Below, piece by piece: positions 1 through 17,431 of a stretch of 64,000 nucleotides of DNA. Position 1 is the first letter of the stretch, and the number at the start of each line of letters is the position of its first letter. The translations under genes and the position numbers were made by a program. The stretch comes from the human T2T-CHM13v2.0 reference genome, Homo sapiens. The notes below the pieces were generated by a model. The model had not been told where the DNA came from, did no database searches, and saw only the letters and a program-made list of their open reading frames with translations. The DNA lies in the NCBI RefSeq assembly GCF_009914755.1, contig NC_060930.1; one strand, given 5' to 3'.

Positions 1-190
1 AGAAAACACAGGAAAAGATGTTCAAAATCATTACCTATTAGGAAAATGAATGTCCATTTCCTGGTTTGGGTATTGTATTATTGTTATATAAGATGTCATC
101 ATTGGAAGAATCTGGGTAAACGGCTCATGGGATTTTAGGTACTTTTTTTGTGATTTCCTGTGAGTCTATTATTATTTCAAAATAAAAAGT
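1..190 (+). mobile_element. Old L1 (L1M/L1ME-type) 3' end fragment
   Basis: Resembles an L1ME 3' UTR (ttgtattattgttatataagatg...ctgggtaaa...tttcctgtgagtctattattatttcaaaataaaaagtt). Assigned by eye. Confidence 0.55.
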
Positions 191-195
191 TATCA

Positions 196-777
<582 letters not shown>

Positions 778-3060
778 CTTTTTTTTTTTTTTTTTTTAAT
801 TGATCATTCTTGGGTGTTTCTCGCAGAGGGGGATTTGGCAGGGTCATAGGACAATAGTGGAGGGAAGGTCAGCAGATAAACAAGTGAACAAAGGTCTCTG
901 GTTTTCCTAGGCAGAGGACCCTGCGGCCTTCCGCAGTGTTTGTGTCCCTGGGTACTTAAGATTAGGGAGTGGTGATGACTCTTAACGAGCATGCTGCCTT
1001 CAAGCATCTGTTTAACAAAGCACATCTTGCACCGCCCTTAATCCATTTAACCCTGAGTGGACACAGCACATGTTTCAGAGAGCACAGGGTTGGGGATAAG
1101 GTCACAGATCAACAGGATCCCAAGGCAGAAGAATTTTTCTTAGTACAGAACAAAATGAAAAGTCTCCCATGTCTACTTCCATCCACACAGACCCGGCAAC
1201 CATCCGACTTCTCAACTTTTTTCCCCACCCTTCCCGCCTCTCTATTCCACAAAACCGCCATTGTCATCATGGCCCATCCCCAATGAGCCGCTGGGCACAC
1301 CTCCCAGACGGGGTCGTGGCCGGGCAGAGGGGCTCCTCACTTCCCAGTAGGGGCGGCCGGGCAGAAGCGCCCCTCACCTCCCGGACGGGGCGGCTGGCCG
1401 GGCAGAGGGGTCCTCACTTCCCAGTAGGGGCGGCCGGGCAGAGGCGCCCCTCACCTCCCGGACGGGGCGGCCGGCCGGGCGGGGGGCTGACCCCCCCACC
1501 TCCCTCCCGGACAGGGCGGCTGGCCGACCCCCCCCCCCCCCCCCGCCTCCCTCCCGGACGGGGCGGCTGGCCGGGCAGAGGGGCTCCTCACTTCCCAGTA
1601 GGGGCGGCCGGGCAGAGGCGCCCCTCACCTCCCGGACGGGGCGGCTGGCCAGGTGGGGGGCTGACCCCCCCCACCTCCCTCCCGGACGGGGCGGCTGGCC
1701 GGGCGGGGGGCTGACCCCTCCACCTCCCTCCCGGATGGGGCGGCTGGCCGGGCGGGGGGCTGACCCCCCCACCTCCCTCCCGGACGGGGCGGCTGGCCGG
1801 GCAGAGGGGCTGACCCCTCCACCTCCCTCCCGGATGGGGCGGCTGGCCAGGCGGGGGGCTGACCCCCCCACCTCCCTCCCGGACGGGGCGGCTGGCCGGG
1901 CGGGGGGCTGACCCCCCCACCTCCCTCCCGGACGGGGCGGCTGGCCAGGCAGAGGGGCTCCTCACTTCCCAGTAGGGGCGGCCGGGCAGAGGCGCCCCTC
2001 ACCTCCCGGACTGGGCGGCTGGCCGGGCGGGGGGCTGACCCCCCCACCTCCCTCCTGGACGGGGCGACTGGCCGGGCAGAGGGGCTCCTCACTTCCCAGT
2101 AGGGGCGACCGGGCAGAGGAGCCCCTCACCTCCCGGACGGGGCGGCTGGCCGGGCGGGGGGCTGACCCCCCCCACCTCCCTCCCGGGCGGGGTGGCTGCC
2201 GGGCGGAGACGCTCCTCACTTCCCAGACGGGGTGGCTGCCGGACGGAGGGGCTCCTCACTTCTCAGACGGGGCGGTTGCCAGGCAGAGGGTTTCCTCGCT
2301 TCTCAGACGGGGCGGCCGGGCAGAGACGCTCCTCACCTCCCCGACAGGGTTGCGGCCCAGCAGAGGCGCTCCTCACATCCCAGACATGGCGGCGGGGCAG
2401 AGGTGCTCCCCACATCTCAGACGATGGGCGGCCGGGCAGAGACGCTCCTCACTTCCTAGATGGGATGGCGGCGGGGAAGAGGCGCTCCTCGCTTCCTAGA
2501 TGGGATGGCGGCCGGGCAGAGACGCTCCTCACTTTCCAGACTGTGCAGCCAGGCAGAGAGGCTCCTCATATCCCAGACGATGGGGGGCCAGGCAGAGACG
2601 CTCCTCACTTCCCAGACGGGGTGGCGGCTGGGCAGAGGCTGCAATCTCGGCACTTTGGGGGGCCAAGGCAGGCGGCTGGGAGGTGGAGGTTGTAGCGAGC
2701 CGAGATCACGCCACTGCACTCCAGCCTGGGCACCATTGAGCACTGAGTGAACGAGACTCCGTCTGCAATCCCCGCACCTCGGGAGGCCGAGGCTGGCGGA
2801 TCACTCGCGGTTAGGAGCTGGAGACCAGCCCGGCCAACACAGCGAAACCCCGTCTCCACCAAAAAAAAAACGAAAACCAGTCAGGCGTGGCGGCGTGCGC
2901 CTGCAATCACAGGCACTCGGCAGGCTGAGGCAGGAGAATCAGGCAGGGAGGTTGCAGTGAGCCGAGATGGCAGCAGTACCGTCCAGCTTTGGCTCGGCAT
3001 CAGAGGGAGACCGTGGAGGGAGAGGGAGAGGGAGGGGGAGGGGGAGAGGGAGAGGGAGAG
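778..3060 (-). mobile_element. Full-length SVA retrotransposon (probably a younger subfamily, SVA_D-F; not resolved)
   Basis: Poly(T) ~779-797, SINE-R (HERV-K LTR-derived) ~798-1290, GC-rich VNTR ~1290-2640, Alu-like region ~2640-3010, (CCCTCT)n hexamer on the - strand ~3016-3060. Confidence 0.97.
1290..2640. repeat. SVA VNTR (GC-rich ~35-50-bp units)
   Basis: Repeated cctcccggacggggcggctggccgggcggggggctgacccccccac and ggcagaggggctcctcacttcccagtagggg units. Confidence 0.95.
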
Positions 3061-3230
3061 AGCACCAACTTTTAAATCATAGATTCAACAGGCAGAAAAC
3101 AACCATGTCCAATTGCTGTAAGAGTTTCTAAACATTCACTCTCATTTTCTGGGCCTGTTGTGCTGAAAAACAGTGGCGAATCTCTGGCAGACCAGCACCG
3201 GGCCGTGGACCACACTTTGAGTGGCTGTGG
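3061..3230 (-). mobile_element. hAT-Charlie DNA transposon fragment, right part
   Basis: Ends in gaccagcaccgggccgtggaccacactttgagtggctg, a Charlie/MER5-like terminus. Continues the fragment at 518-560. Confidence 0.55.
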
Positions 3231-4096
3231 ACCACCTGCTCAAAGACGAGAAGCAAATGCCAGAGATGGAATTATTTTTTTTTCCTTTTTGGCTTATTTT
3301 TTTGTTATGGAGTTATACTGCTGTTCAAAATAAAACTTGATTTAAAATATACAGAAATAATAATACAGAAGAAAATCTATTTTCCCCAAGTCTGGGTTTA
3401 TGGATAAAACACACCATCTACTCTGATGCTGCCTTCTCTTTCTCCCTCTCACCCTCCCCTAACTTCACCTCTTCCATTCCTCTCTCTCCTCCACGTGCTT
3501 GCCTTAACTGCCCTCTTTTCCTAGTGGCAGGTCCCTGGCTCTGGTCCCACCACTTTGTCACTATTCCAGACCCTCCCCGACCTACACTGGGGAAATCACT
3601 TACCTTTCTGAGCATCAGTCTCCTTATGCGGGGTGACAGTGAGACCCACCTTGGAGAGCTATCCTGTGAGGAGTGGGTGAGGTCACTCAAATGGGAGAAG
3701 CTCTGTGAACCACGTATAAGTGTGCACACGCAGAGTGGACTCTGTCTGCACACCTGGGTCCCCACATGCGCTGGCTGGCTCTGGTCAGCCTCCCAGTCTT
3801 CATTCCCATCTCACCCAACCCTCTCGGGCAAGCCAGGTGTCTCTGCTTCCAACCAAATGCCCTTCCCAGGAGGCCTCCCCAGCCCACATCCTGGCAACAC
3901 TCAACCAGTGCCCCTGTCCCTCAGAGAGGGGTGTGTCCTCCCTTTCTACCTAAGAGCTCTCCCAGGCCAAGGCAGCTCCTCCCCAGGGTAAAAGCCAAGT
4001 CAGGTTGCTGTATTTTTTTTCTTTGCTATAGCCTCAGGCTATGCAAACTTTTCCACCTGTTATATATAACAGGTGGAAGATATATAATAACGAATA

Positions 4097-4611
4097 CAGT
4101 AAGTTCTCACTTAAGTTGCTGATAGACTCTTGGAAACTGCAACTTTAAGGGAAACAAAACCAATTTTACCATAGGCTAATTGATATAAATGAATAGAATT
4201 CCTGTGATATATTTCTGGTGACAAAAACATCACCAAACTTCTAAAGATCAAAACACTTCTAATATTAAACACTGAAATGAATGTAAGCTATACATACATT
4301 TAAGAAAAATTAAGAAAAACAAGATAATTAGGCCAGGTGCACTGGCTTACGCCTGTAATCCCAGCACTTTGCAAGGCCCAGGTGGGTGGATCACCTGAGG
4401 TCAGGAGTTCGAGACCGGCCTGGCCATCTTGGTGAAACCTCATCTCTACTAAAAATACAAAAGTTAGCTGAGTGTGGTGGTGGGCACCTGTAATCCAGCT
4501 ACTCAGGAGGCTGAGGCACAAGAATCACTTGAACCCAGGAGGTGGCGGTTGCAGTGAGCTGAGATTGTGCCACTGCACTCCAGCCTGGGTGACAGAGCGA
4601 GACACTCTCTC

Positions 4612-4643
<32 letters not shown>

Positions 4644-5017
4644 AAGAAAAAAGAAAGAAAGAAAGAGAAAGAAAGAAGAAAAAGAAAGAAAGAAAAACAA
4701 GATAATTATTTACCCAATTATTCCAGTTCAGGGTCGTGGGTGGCTGGAGCCCATCCTGGCAGCTCAGGATGCCAGGTGGGAACCTACCCTGGACAGGACA
4801 TGGTGCTCACACACCCACACTCACTCGTGCTGGGACCATGCAGACTCACCAATGAGCCTAGCGTGCACAGCTTTGGGACATGGGAGAAAACCCACGCAGA
4901 CGTGGGGAGAATGCAAACACCACGCAGACAGTGGCCCCTGCAGGAATCGAATTTTTCTCTTACCAATGTCATGACAAAAAGACATGGAACGAAATGACGT
5001 TATTCAAGGACCTGCTG
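4097..5017 (+). mobile_element. MER82 (TcMar-Tigger non-autonomous element), split by an Alu
   Basis: Starts TA|cagtaagttctcacttaa and ends ttattcaaggacctgctg|TA. TA target duplication; internal sequence matches MER82 as I recall it. Confidence 0.8.
4331..4689 (+). mobile_element. Alu (AluS) with (GAAA)n/(GA)n tail
   Basis: Full dimer; 19-bp TSD aagaaaaacaagataatta at 4312-4330 and 4690-4708. Confidence 0.95.
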
Positions 5018-5539
5018 TATGTGAATACTGGCTAACTCAATGAGCACTTACTATGTTCCAGGGATGATCACAGGCCCTACCCATGTACTAACTCATTTAA
5101 TGCTCACAACCATCCTAGGAGGTAGGTTCTGTTCTAAGCCCCAGTGTACAGATGTGGAAACAGGCCAGTGAGCAGAGAAATCACCTGCCCCAGGCCACCC
5201 AGCCGGTAAGCCCCACACTCTCATCCACAACACCGCCTGTGGTTGCTGGTTGGGTTTCCTGCTGTTGTTCACCCAGCTCAGCGCCTGGCACAATGAGAGG
5301 CTCTGTAAGCCTTTGTTGAGTGAATGAATGCTGCCCATTGTCCTGCACCTACGGAGCTGTTTTCCTTGCTATTGAAGGGGCATGACTGGAGGCAGAGGCC
5401 ACAGAGATGACCACACCAGGGCAACCTGTAGTGCCAGTGCCTGGTTCCACCCGGGGGGCATCTGAGAACTGTGTCCTTCCATTCCTGAGTCCAGCACTTC
5501 CCAGGCCAGGTCAGCACTTTAATTCCTTGGGAAGTCTGT

Positions 5540-6483
<944 letters not shown>

Positions 6484-7084
6484 TCACTAAGTCCCCTTAT
6501 TTCTATCTCAAGCCTAAGTTGTCAGGAACTCACTGAGTTCTCCCGTCTATGGAGGAAAGAGATCCATCTCACAGCTTTGCCACCTGAACACCCTGGGACA
6601 GCTGCCCAGGGGTCTGGGCTGTAGTCTAATCTGGTCAGTCTTCTTTCCTCCACTTGGATTTTTCTCAAATAGCGTCCCTTTCTCCCCAGACTAACCCATT
6701 TTCCTGAATTCTTCCGATTCTTTTCCACATCTTGTTCCCCTCTACCCCCTAAGTCTTCCTTCTCCCCTTTTCAGCTACCCATTTATTTGCATATTCATTG
6801 TAAATACAGTTATTTGAAGTCTTTTTCAGATTGTTCTATTATCTCAAGTTTCAGGGTCAGAAATTCTCCTATTGTGATGTATGCTGTCTGTCTGTTGCTC
6901 ATGGTGACTCAGTTCCTGATGCATTTGATACTTTCTGATTGTGAGCTAAAGTTGGATATTTTTTTTTTTTCTCATGGTGGCTCAAGTGGCCTGGGTTGTA
7001 AAGGCTCCCTCCAGACACGATTTTTCCTTTGTCACCGTACTCCTGGCCAATGTAAGAATTCCTGTTTTTGTGGTGGTGGTTGTT

Positions 7085-10585
<3,501 letters not shown>

Positions 10586-11771
10586 TGTGTGTGTGTGTGT
10601 ATGTGTGTGTAATCCATCTTGGTTTTGTTTTTATTTTTACTTGGAGACTCAGGCAGGGACAGGTTTTCTTGTCATCTTCCAAAGCCTGTGGGTAGACTTT
10701 TTCTAGGTCCCTATTCATTGAAGAAGCAGGCTTCAAGGATCCCAGCTGTCCTCAAGAGTACTGGTTCCAGCTTCCTGCTTCATGAACCGGTCATGGCCCC
10801 TGCAAGGTCAAGGTCATTATAATGCCAGCACCTGACTGCTAAGGCTATTTCCCTTCCAATACCTTCCCCTCAGAGCTCCTGGTGCATCAGCTCATTCAAC
10901 CTTCTGCTTTTCTGCTCTCTCTTGATTTAAGAAACAGACACATTATATTTCTACATAGTTAGAGCACAGGGGTCCCAGCATACCACTTCCAAATGAGCAT
11001 GTCAAGCACATGCATTCAGAGAGGATACCTGGAAGCCAAAATTTTGCCATAGTGAAAGGCCTTATTCCTGAATACAGCTAGAGTGGGGAAGACCTTGGCC
11101 TCTCCCCCCGCAGGCAAGAATGTTGCCTCCACAGGGGGCTGGTAGCCTGCTAAGGCCCAGGCCACATGAGTGGGTTGTCTACTGTTACTGAGGGCCTACT
11201 ATGTGCCAGACACCATACTAGGTGCTTTACATACATTATATGTCATTGAATCTTCCCTCTAGTCCTGTGAGATAGGTACTATTATTGTCACTGATTCACT
11301 TGAGAAAGCTGCCAAAACACAGATAGCAAGGGGCAGAACCAGGATTCTGATTTAGGTTGGCTCAGCCTTTTATCAAATACATCTGGTCTTCCTCTGTCCT
11401 TTCAAAAGCCTATAGCTTCCTCATCTTGCCCACTCCTCTGTGGGTAGGGTCTGTGGTTTCCTTTCTCTTATCTATCTTCAACACACAGTGGGTGTGACCT
11501 GGGTGCAACCAGTCACAGCTCTGCAGAGGTTACTGTGATTTTGCCCCTGAAGGATCTGTCCACAACTTAGGAACTCACACAGCTTTTGGCCTGAGCCCCC
11601 GTTACCAAGAGAAAGGAGGTTTTTGCCAAGGACTCCAAGGGGAGTGCACTTGATGCTGGTCGGGACCCAAAGCACCCAGCCCTCCCTGAGACATTGTGTG
11701 AGTCGGGCTGGGCCTCAAACACGGCCCCCACTGCCCCACCCCAGCCAGGGTGGTGCTTGTGTGGGAAGGAC

Positions 11772-11777
11772 TTTAAA
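11772..11777 (+). promoter_or_regulatory. PI16: TATA-like element (TTTAAA) of the proximal PI16 promoter
   Basis: ggacTTTAAAtccagctg about 50 nt upstream of the ATG; the role is inferred from position only. Confidence 0.4.
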
Positions 11778-11825
11778 TCCAGCTGCCAGACCCCTGGACG
11801 GGAGAAGGAGAGACGGCTGGCCACC

Positions 11826-11996
11826 ATGCACGGCTCCTGCAGTTTCCTGATGCTTCTGCTGCCGCTACTGCTACTGCTGGTGGCCACCACAGGCCCCGTT
11901 GGAGCCCTCACAGATGAGGAGAAACGTTTGATGGTGGAGCTGCACAACCTCTACCGGGCCCAGGTATCCCCGACGGCCTCAGACATGCTGCACATG
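11826..11996 (+). CDS. PI16: PI16 (peptidase inhibitor 16, CAP superfamily) coding exon 1: signal peptide and start of the CAP domain
   Basis: Kozak gccaccATG; MHGSCSFLMLLLPLLLLLVATTGPVGALTDEEKRLMVELHNLYRAQVSPTASDMLHM; donor ATG|gtaagt; 171 nt. Confidence 0.97.
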
Positions 11997-12156
11997 GTAA
12001 GTGTGGCCACGGCCCTTGCTGGCTGGGATGGAAGGGGTGCTGGCCAGGGTCTGTCACCAGGCTCTCTTACCCTGCTCCTCATGCTGAAGCTATTTCAGAA
12101 TTCCTCTCCTTTTTCTGGTCAGTGACAGAGTCCCCGAGTCCCTGACATGGTATTAC

Positions 12157-12203
12157 ATTACTTTAAATAGCAAAAACCACAATTACTTTTGCACCCGCCT
12201 AAT
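12157..12203. mobile_element. MADE1 (mariner MITE) half element
   Basis: cattactttaaatagcaaaaaccacaattacttttgcacccgcctaa matches the Hsmar1/MADE1 terminal inverted repeat. Confidence 0.75.
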
Positions 12204-13654
12204 AAAATTCACAGGCCCCTATAAGCAGCCTCATAATACAGATAAGGAAAGTGAGGCTCAGAGGGATTTGTTGGGGTCACACAGCTGGTAGAGCCAGACC
12301 CAAAGCCCTGGCTTCCCACTCCAATGAGCTTTCCCCAGCACTTCCTCAAATGCATGTGCCCTCAGTGGGGGAACCCGGGAAGTTCTTAACACCTTTGTGA
12401 AAATGGTCTTTCACATGCCTGCCAAGGAGAGGACAAGAGGAAGCAGGGCAGCAGGATGGGCGTGGGCACGTGGAGTAGGAGGCAGGTGCTAAGGAGGTGG
12501 GTGACAGCAGGATCCAGAAGCAGAGAGGGCTCTGGATCACACAGTCCAAATTCTGTCTCGGTCACCTACAAGACCTATGATTCGAGGCAAGTCCTGTAAC
12601 CTTGCCGATCCCGTGTCTCATCTGTAAAAGGCGGTCAGAATTAGAGCTACGTATATACCAGTGTGGATTGAATCTCACAGATATCATACTGAATGGGGGA
12701 GGAAATAAAATCTCTAAAAAATACACAGTAGGATCTCTTTACATGAAGTCTGAAAACATGTAAAAATACTATTTATGTCCTGGTGAAACACGCAGATGTA
12801 GTAAACATTCCATGTACATGCACACAGGAGACAGAAGCCAGATTTAGGGTTGGTTACTTCTGTCAGGAAGAGCTATTTATGGTAGGGTGAGAGGCGGGCT
12901 GTCTATATGCAGAATTAAAGGAGATAAAGTGAGAAATTCACCCACTTCCTGCCCTCCCTGAGGGCTGAACTAGCTTGTCCCCTCCAGCCACCCTCAGGTG
13001 ACTGGGGAGGTTGCTGGGCAGTGTTCAGGGACCCCTGGAGCTGGTGCCTGAGAGAACAGATGCACCTTGGGGAACATAACAGTGAGCCTGGGGCCCCAAA
13101 CCTAAGTTCTAACCTCAGCCTAATGTGATCTGGCTGAAGTAACTCTGGGTGGACCCCTTTCCCTTCAAAGGCCTCTGTTTCCAGATGGAAACATGGGGCT
13201 GGCGATCCCTGCCCTGGGCGTCAGACAGGATGACACGTAAGAAAGATCTAGGAAGAGCTCTGCACACACCCAGCACTGCCGTTCACAGCTGTGCCAGCCT
13301 GCACATCGAGGAAAGGTGGACAACAAACCAGGCGTCACAGATGCAGCTCTGCCAACAGCTCCCTGATTGAGGCCTGTGACTCATTGTTGGGCTTCAGTTT
13401 CCCCACCTGTAGATCCCTGATGCCCTACAGTCTTGCTGGCTGAGACTGGGGGCCACACAGGCTGGGAGCTGCTTCTCAGACAGAGGTGCGCCTTGGAGTG
13501 GGGCAACATTCTGGGAGGCAGTTGGGATACTGAGGGGATATGCTGCTGCCTAATGGGGAGTGACATGAGGAGGAGGAGATGAGGCTGGGGCTGGGATGCC
13601 AGGAAACATTCAGGACAAGACTCAGGTTCAACCTCAGCAGTGGTGAGGGCAGGG

Positions 13655-13880
13655 ACTCTGCAGCCAAATGGCCTGGGTTCAAATCTTAGCTTTGTTACTT
13701 ATTAGCTTTGTGACCTTGGCCAAATTAAACTCTCTGTGCCTCAGTCTCCTCATCTGTAAAATGGGGATGATAACAGTGGGATAATTCCCTTGTAGCTACA
13801 GTGGCTGTAGGGTTAAGTGAGTGAATATGTGTAAAGCACTCAGAAGAATGCCTGGCACACAGTAAGTGCTCAGTAAGTGT
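13655..13880 (+). mobile_element. MIR SINE
   Basis: ctgggttcaaatcttagc...tgtgaccttggcc...ctgtgcctcagtctcctcatctgtaaaatgggga core, ending cctggcacacagtaagtgctca. Confidence 0.8.
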
Positions 13881-14019
13881 CTGATTAACACAAAAGAGGG
13901 AATGGATCCAGGGTGAGGCAGGTGGGGGTTATCATGAACTCTTCCTTCTCTCTCAGCCTCCAGAGCTAATCAGCACCAGTTTTGCCACCCCGAAGGTTCA
14001 ATTGTCCTTGAAATCTAAC

Positions 14020-14630
14020 CCTTACCCCTACCCCCTTCTCTTTTCAGCACAATCCTGGTTCAGGTTTCTTTCATTCTTCCACACAAGGACTCCTAGGATA
14101 GCCTCTACCTGTTCCCCAGCTTCTGGCCTCTGCTGTCAGAATGAATAATCCAACACATGGGCCTGACCCTGCTCAAAATCCTTCAGTGGCTCCCATGGCT
14201 CCCTACTGCTTCAGGTTAAAGCTCCAGCTCCTGACTGAGAAGGTTCTGTGTGTTCTGGCCCCTGCCTATCTCTCCATCCTCCTCTCCCGCTTGCCCTTTA
14301 TTCTTCTGTCACCTGAACAGCTTGTCTTTTCCCAGCCAAAATGTTTCCCAGCTTCATGCCTTTGCTGATGTGTACCTTCTGATTAGGATGCCTCTCCCCT
14401 CCAGCTGACTAATGCCTCATCTTTTAACACTTAGCTTGGTGTCTCCCTCTCCACCTTTGGCTGGGCTAGATGGCCCTCTTTGGTGCCTCTATAGTACTTG
14501 TGGCACATCTGTCATTTACCATGTGGTGGCCCAAATGACTTTTATGTCAATGGAAATTTGGGCTTCTTGGTTCCTGCTGTTGTCCCAGGGCTGACACAAT
14601 GCCCAGGACTGTTGAATGAATGAATGAATG
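14020..14630 (+). mobile_element. L2 LINE 3' fragment
   Basis: ctgctcaaaatccttcagtggctccc...gcctttgct...tgttgaatgaatgaatgaatg tail. Confidence 0.65.
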
Positions 14631-16209
14631 GACTTGCTTCTAGATGGTGACCATGTGGCCAATGTGGGTGGGTGCTGAGAGTCTTACAAACTCCACAGGG
14701 GGCTCTGGATGACTGACTGAGAATCCTTAAGACCAAAGCAATGATGCTAATGGTGGGGCTCCAGATATCTAGTCAGAATGGAAATTACAGCCAGGCTCTG
14801 TAGGGGTAGACTGCTTTAAGAAGGGCCCTGTCTCAGTCATCAATAGTTGACAAGTATCTGTTGAGCACCTACTATGTGCCAGCACTGCGCCAGACACTGG
14901 GGATCCATCCATGCCCTACCGTGATGGCACTTACAGTCCAGCCCGGCACCTCGCAGGTGATCTCAGACACCCTGACCCTGGCCCCCAGCGCCCTGCCCCT
15001 TTCCCACTCCCAGTCTCCCACTGTTGCCAGAGTTGAGAGAATCTCAGGGGCCAGTGATTTGGGACAAAAATGTCCAGAGAGGGAAAGATACTCACCCAAG
15101 GTCACAGCTGTGGAGCTATCCCAGCCAGGTGCACCCATCCCCATGCCAGGCAGCGGCTCCTGAAAGCCTTGAGTGGGTGGGGAGTAGGTGTGGCCACACA
15201 GCCACCCCCCCTCAGGGTCACCCAAGCTCTTGGCGCTTTATGGGCTGTCTGGCTCCCAGAGCTGGCTGGGCCCTCATAGGGTGGAGCAAGAGCTGCCGCC
15301 AGGCCATGGATTTCCAGGAGAAGCCAAGGACAGCGTTTAATGGGATCCAGGTTTCCCCTCCTCAATCCTTTGGGTCGGATGCCTTGTTAATCCCTCTTCC
15401 CACCCACACTCGGCCTGTCCTCTCAGCCAGGGACACAATCGCAAAGGCCCCGAACCTAAAATTCCCCCTCTCACCATCTCACCTGAGGTCCCCACTGGAG
15501 AACACTGTCACTGGGGTCTGACAGTGGGTTACCAAGGCTCTGAAAGTAGGCCCCTTGGTGAGAGGCCTGTGACATTCAGTGTCACATAGAGACGCTTAAT
15601 TTTCTTGGAGAAAGGGGGTTGCCGTTGACAAGGGTTGGGAGCAGTTAGGAACAGCACTGGGGCGGGAGCCTGCAGAGGGTAAAGGCATGGGGGCTGGGTG
15701 TCCCAAGGGGAGGGTGGGGGCTTAGAGGGAGAGGAAGGTGCCGGCCCTCAAGTCAGGTTCATGGTTGAGGGGTAGGGAAATGGGCTGAATAAACAACCCA
15801 GCCCCTCAACATCGATCACACCGTGATCTTGTGCTCTTCAGAGAAGTTCAAGGAGGACTGGGAGGTAGGCAGGGGCATGTATGGCCACCTTTTTCACATG
15901 AGGCTTTTAATAATAACACTGTCACCAACACCACCTCATCCACTCTTCCCAGCCCTCTGAGGGTGCGGAAAGTTTAGACAATCCGTGCAGTCACACAGCT
16001 GGTGAATGGTCCAGCTCCACGGCCTGGGGTGGCATCCTTCACCGCCCCACAGACGCCCACCCAGAGCAGAGACCTGTTCTAGGCCATGCCCAAGAGTCAC
16101 CCTGCTAAGGAGGTGCCGGAAGGATTTCCCCACGACCTCCTCGACCTTTTGCTTGGTCCCCACAGCATCTGTGGGCATCCTCACCTCCCTTCTCTCACCT
16201 GCCCTGCAG

Positions 16210-16431
16210 AGATGGGACGAGGAGCTGGCCGCCTTCGCCAAGGCCTACGCACGGCAGTGCGTGTGGGGCCACAACAAGGAGCGCGGGCGCCGCGGCGAGA
16301 ATCTGTTCGCCATCACAGACGAGGGCATGGACGTGCCGCTGGCCATGGAGGAGTGGCACCACGAGCGTGAGCACTACAACCTCAGCGCCGCCACCTGCAG
16401 CCCAGGCCAGATGTGCGGCCACTACACGCAG
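16210..16431 (+). CDS. PI16: PI16 coding exon 2 (CAP domain)
   Basis: ccctgcag|AGA TGG; RWDEELAAFAKAYARQCVWGHNKERGRRGENLF...CGHYTQ; donor CAG|gtgtgg; 222 nt. Confidence 0.97.
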
Positions 16432-16655
16432 GTGTGGGCCCGGCGGGCGAGGCGGGGCGGAGCCTCGCGGCGTGGGGGTGGGGCCACGTGCTCCCTGGGC
16501 GGGGCCACCTCTGCCTTCACCCCTCCTAAGCGTCCTCGCTGCAAGTAGGCGGGCTTCACTCCAAGCCCCCTCAGACACTTTGCAAATCTTGTCCTCTCAC
16601 TGCAGCTAATACGCTGTCTAAGACTCTGACGGAGTCGGCTGCTCCTAGTCTGCTA

Positions 16656-16975
16656 GGCCAGGCGCCGTAGCTCACCCCTGTAATCCCAGCAATTTGGGAG
16701 GCCGAGCTGGGAGGATCGCTTAAGGCCAGGAGTTGGAGACCAGCCTGGGCAACATGGCGAGATCCCTGTCCCTACAAAAAAATACAAAAAACTTTGCTGG
16801 GCGCGGTGGCGCGCGCCAGCTGCTCTGGAGGCGGAGGTGGAAGGATCACTTCAGCCCAGGAGGTTGAGGCTGCAGTGAGTCGTGATCACACCACTACACT
16901 CCAGCCTGGGCGACAGAGGGAGGCCCTGTCTCAAAAAAAAAAAAAAAATTAAATAAATAAATAAATAAATAAAAA
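16656..16975 (+). mobile_element. Alu (AluJ-like)
   Basis: Dimer with poly(A)/(TAAA)n tail. Confidence 0.9.
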
Positions 16976-17387
16976 GGGGTGGGGACGGTGGGACATGTTA
17001 GGTGTCACAGAGCCAATTTTATGGACCATGGTTATTGTCCTAGGCCATACTGTACTGGGCTCCAAGTGATCCTGCCTCACTTCCCCCAGATAGTGCAGAG
17101 CTGTTTGCCCCAGCAGCAGATAGTCCCTTAACTTCTCTCTGTGGCTCTTTTGCATTTATTATGGTGTCTAATTTGCTACTTCTCATCTGCCAGGGACTAA
17201 TAAAGCAAATTGACAATTTTGCTTAGTTTTTCTTTTGCATTTAACAATTATGCATAACGATGAAGAACAAATTGTGGCTGAATGAAAGGCTTCAGGGAGA
17301 TTTCTGATAGAATTTCCTGCTCCCCAGTCACACTTTGCTCCTGTCTGGGTTCTCACTGCATTTTGAAAGTTTGGGCTTGCAGATAAG

Positions 17388-17388
<1 letters not shown>

Positions 17389-17429
<41 letters not shown>
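17389..17429. repeat. (TG)n microsatellite
   Basis: About 20 TG units. Confidence 0.95.

Positions 17430-17431
<2 letters not shown>

Noticed and set aside
1290-2640. Repeat array superficially like a CRISPR array
   Set aside because: Tandem VNTR without unique spacers, inside a human SVA; no cas genes.
804-3082. Many overlapping 70-180 aa ORFs
   Set aside because: All lie within the SVA (SINE-R, VNTR, Alu-like region); GC-rich repeats lack stop codons.
11694-11825. In-frame upstream extension of PI16 from a non-ATG start
   Set aside because: The ATG at 11826 has a good Kozak context and directly precedes the signal peptide; there is no support for an extension.
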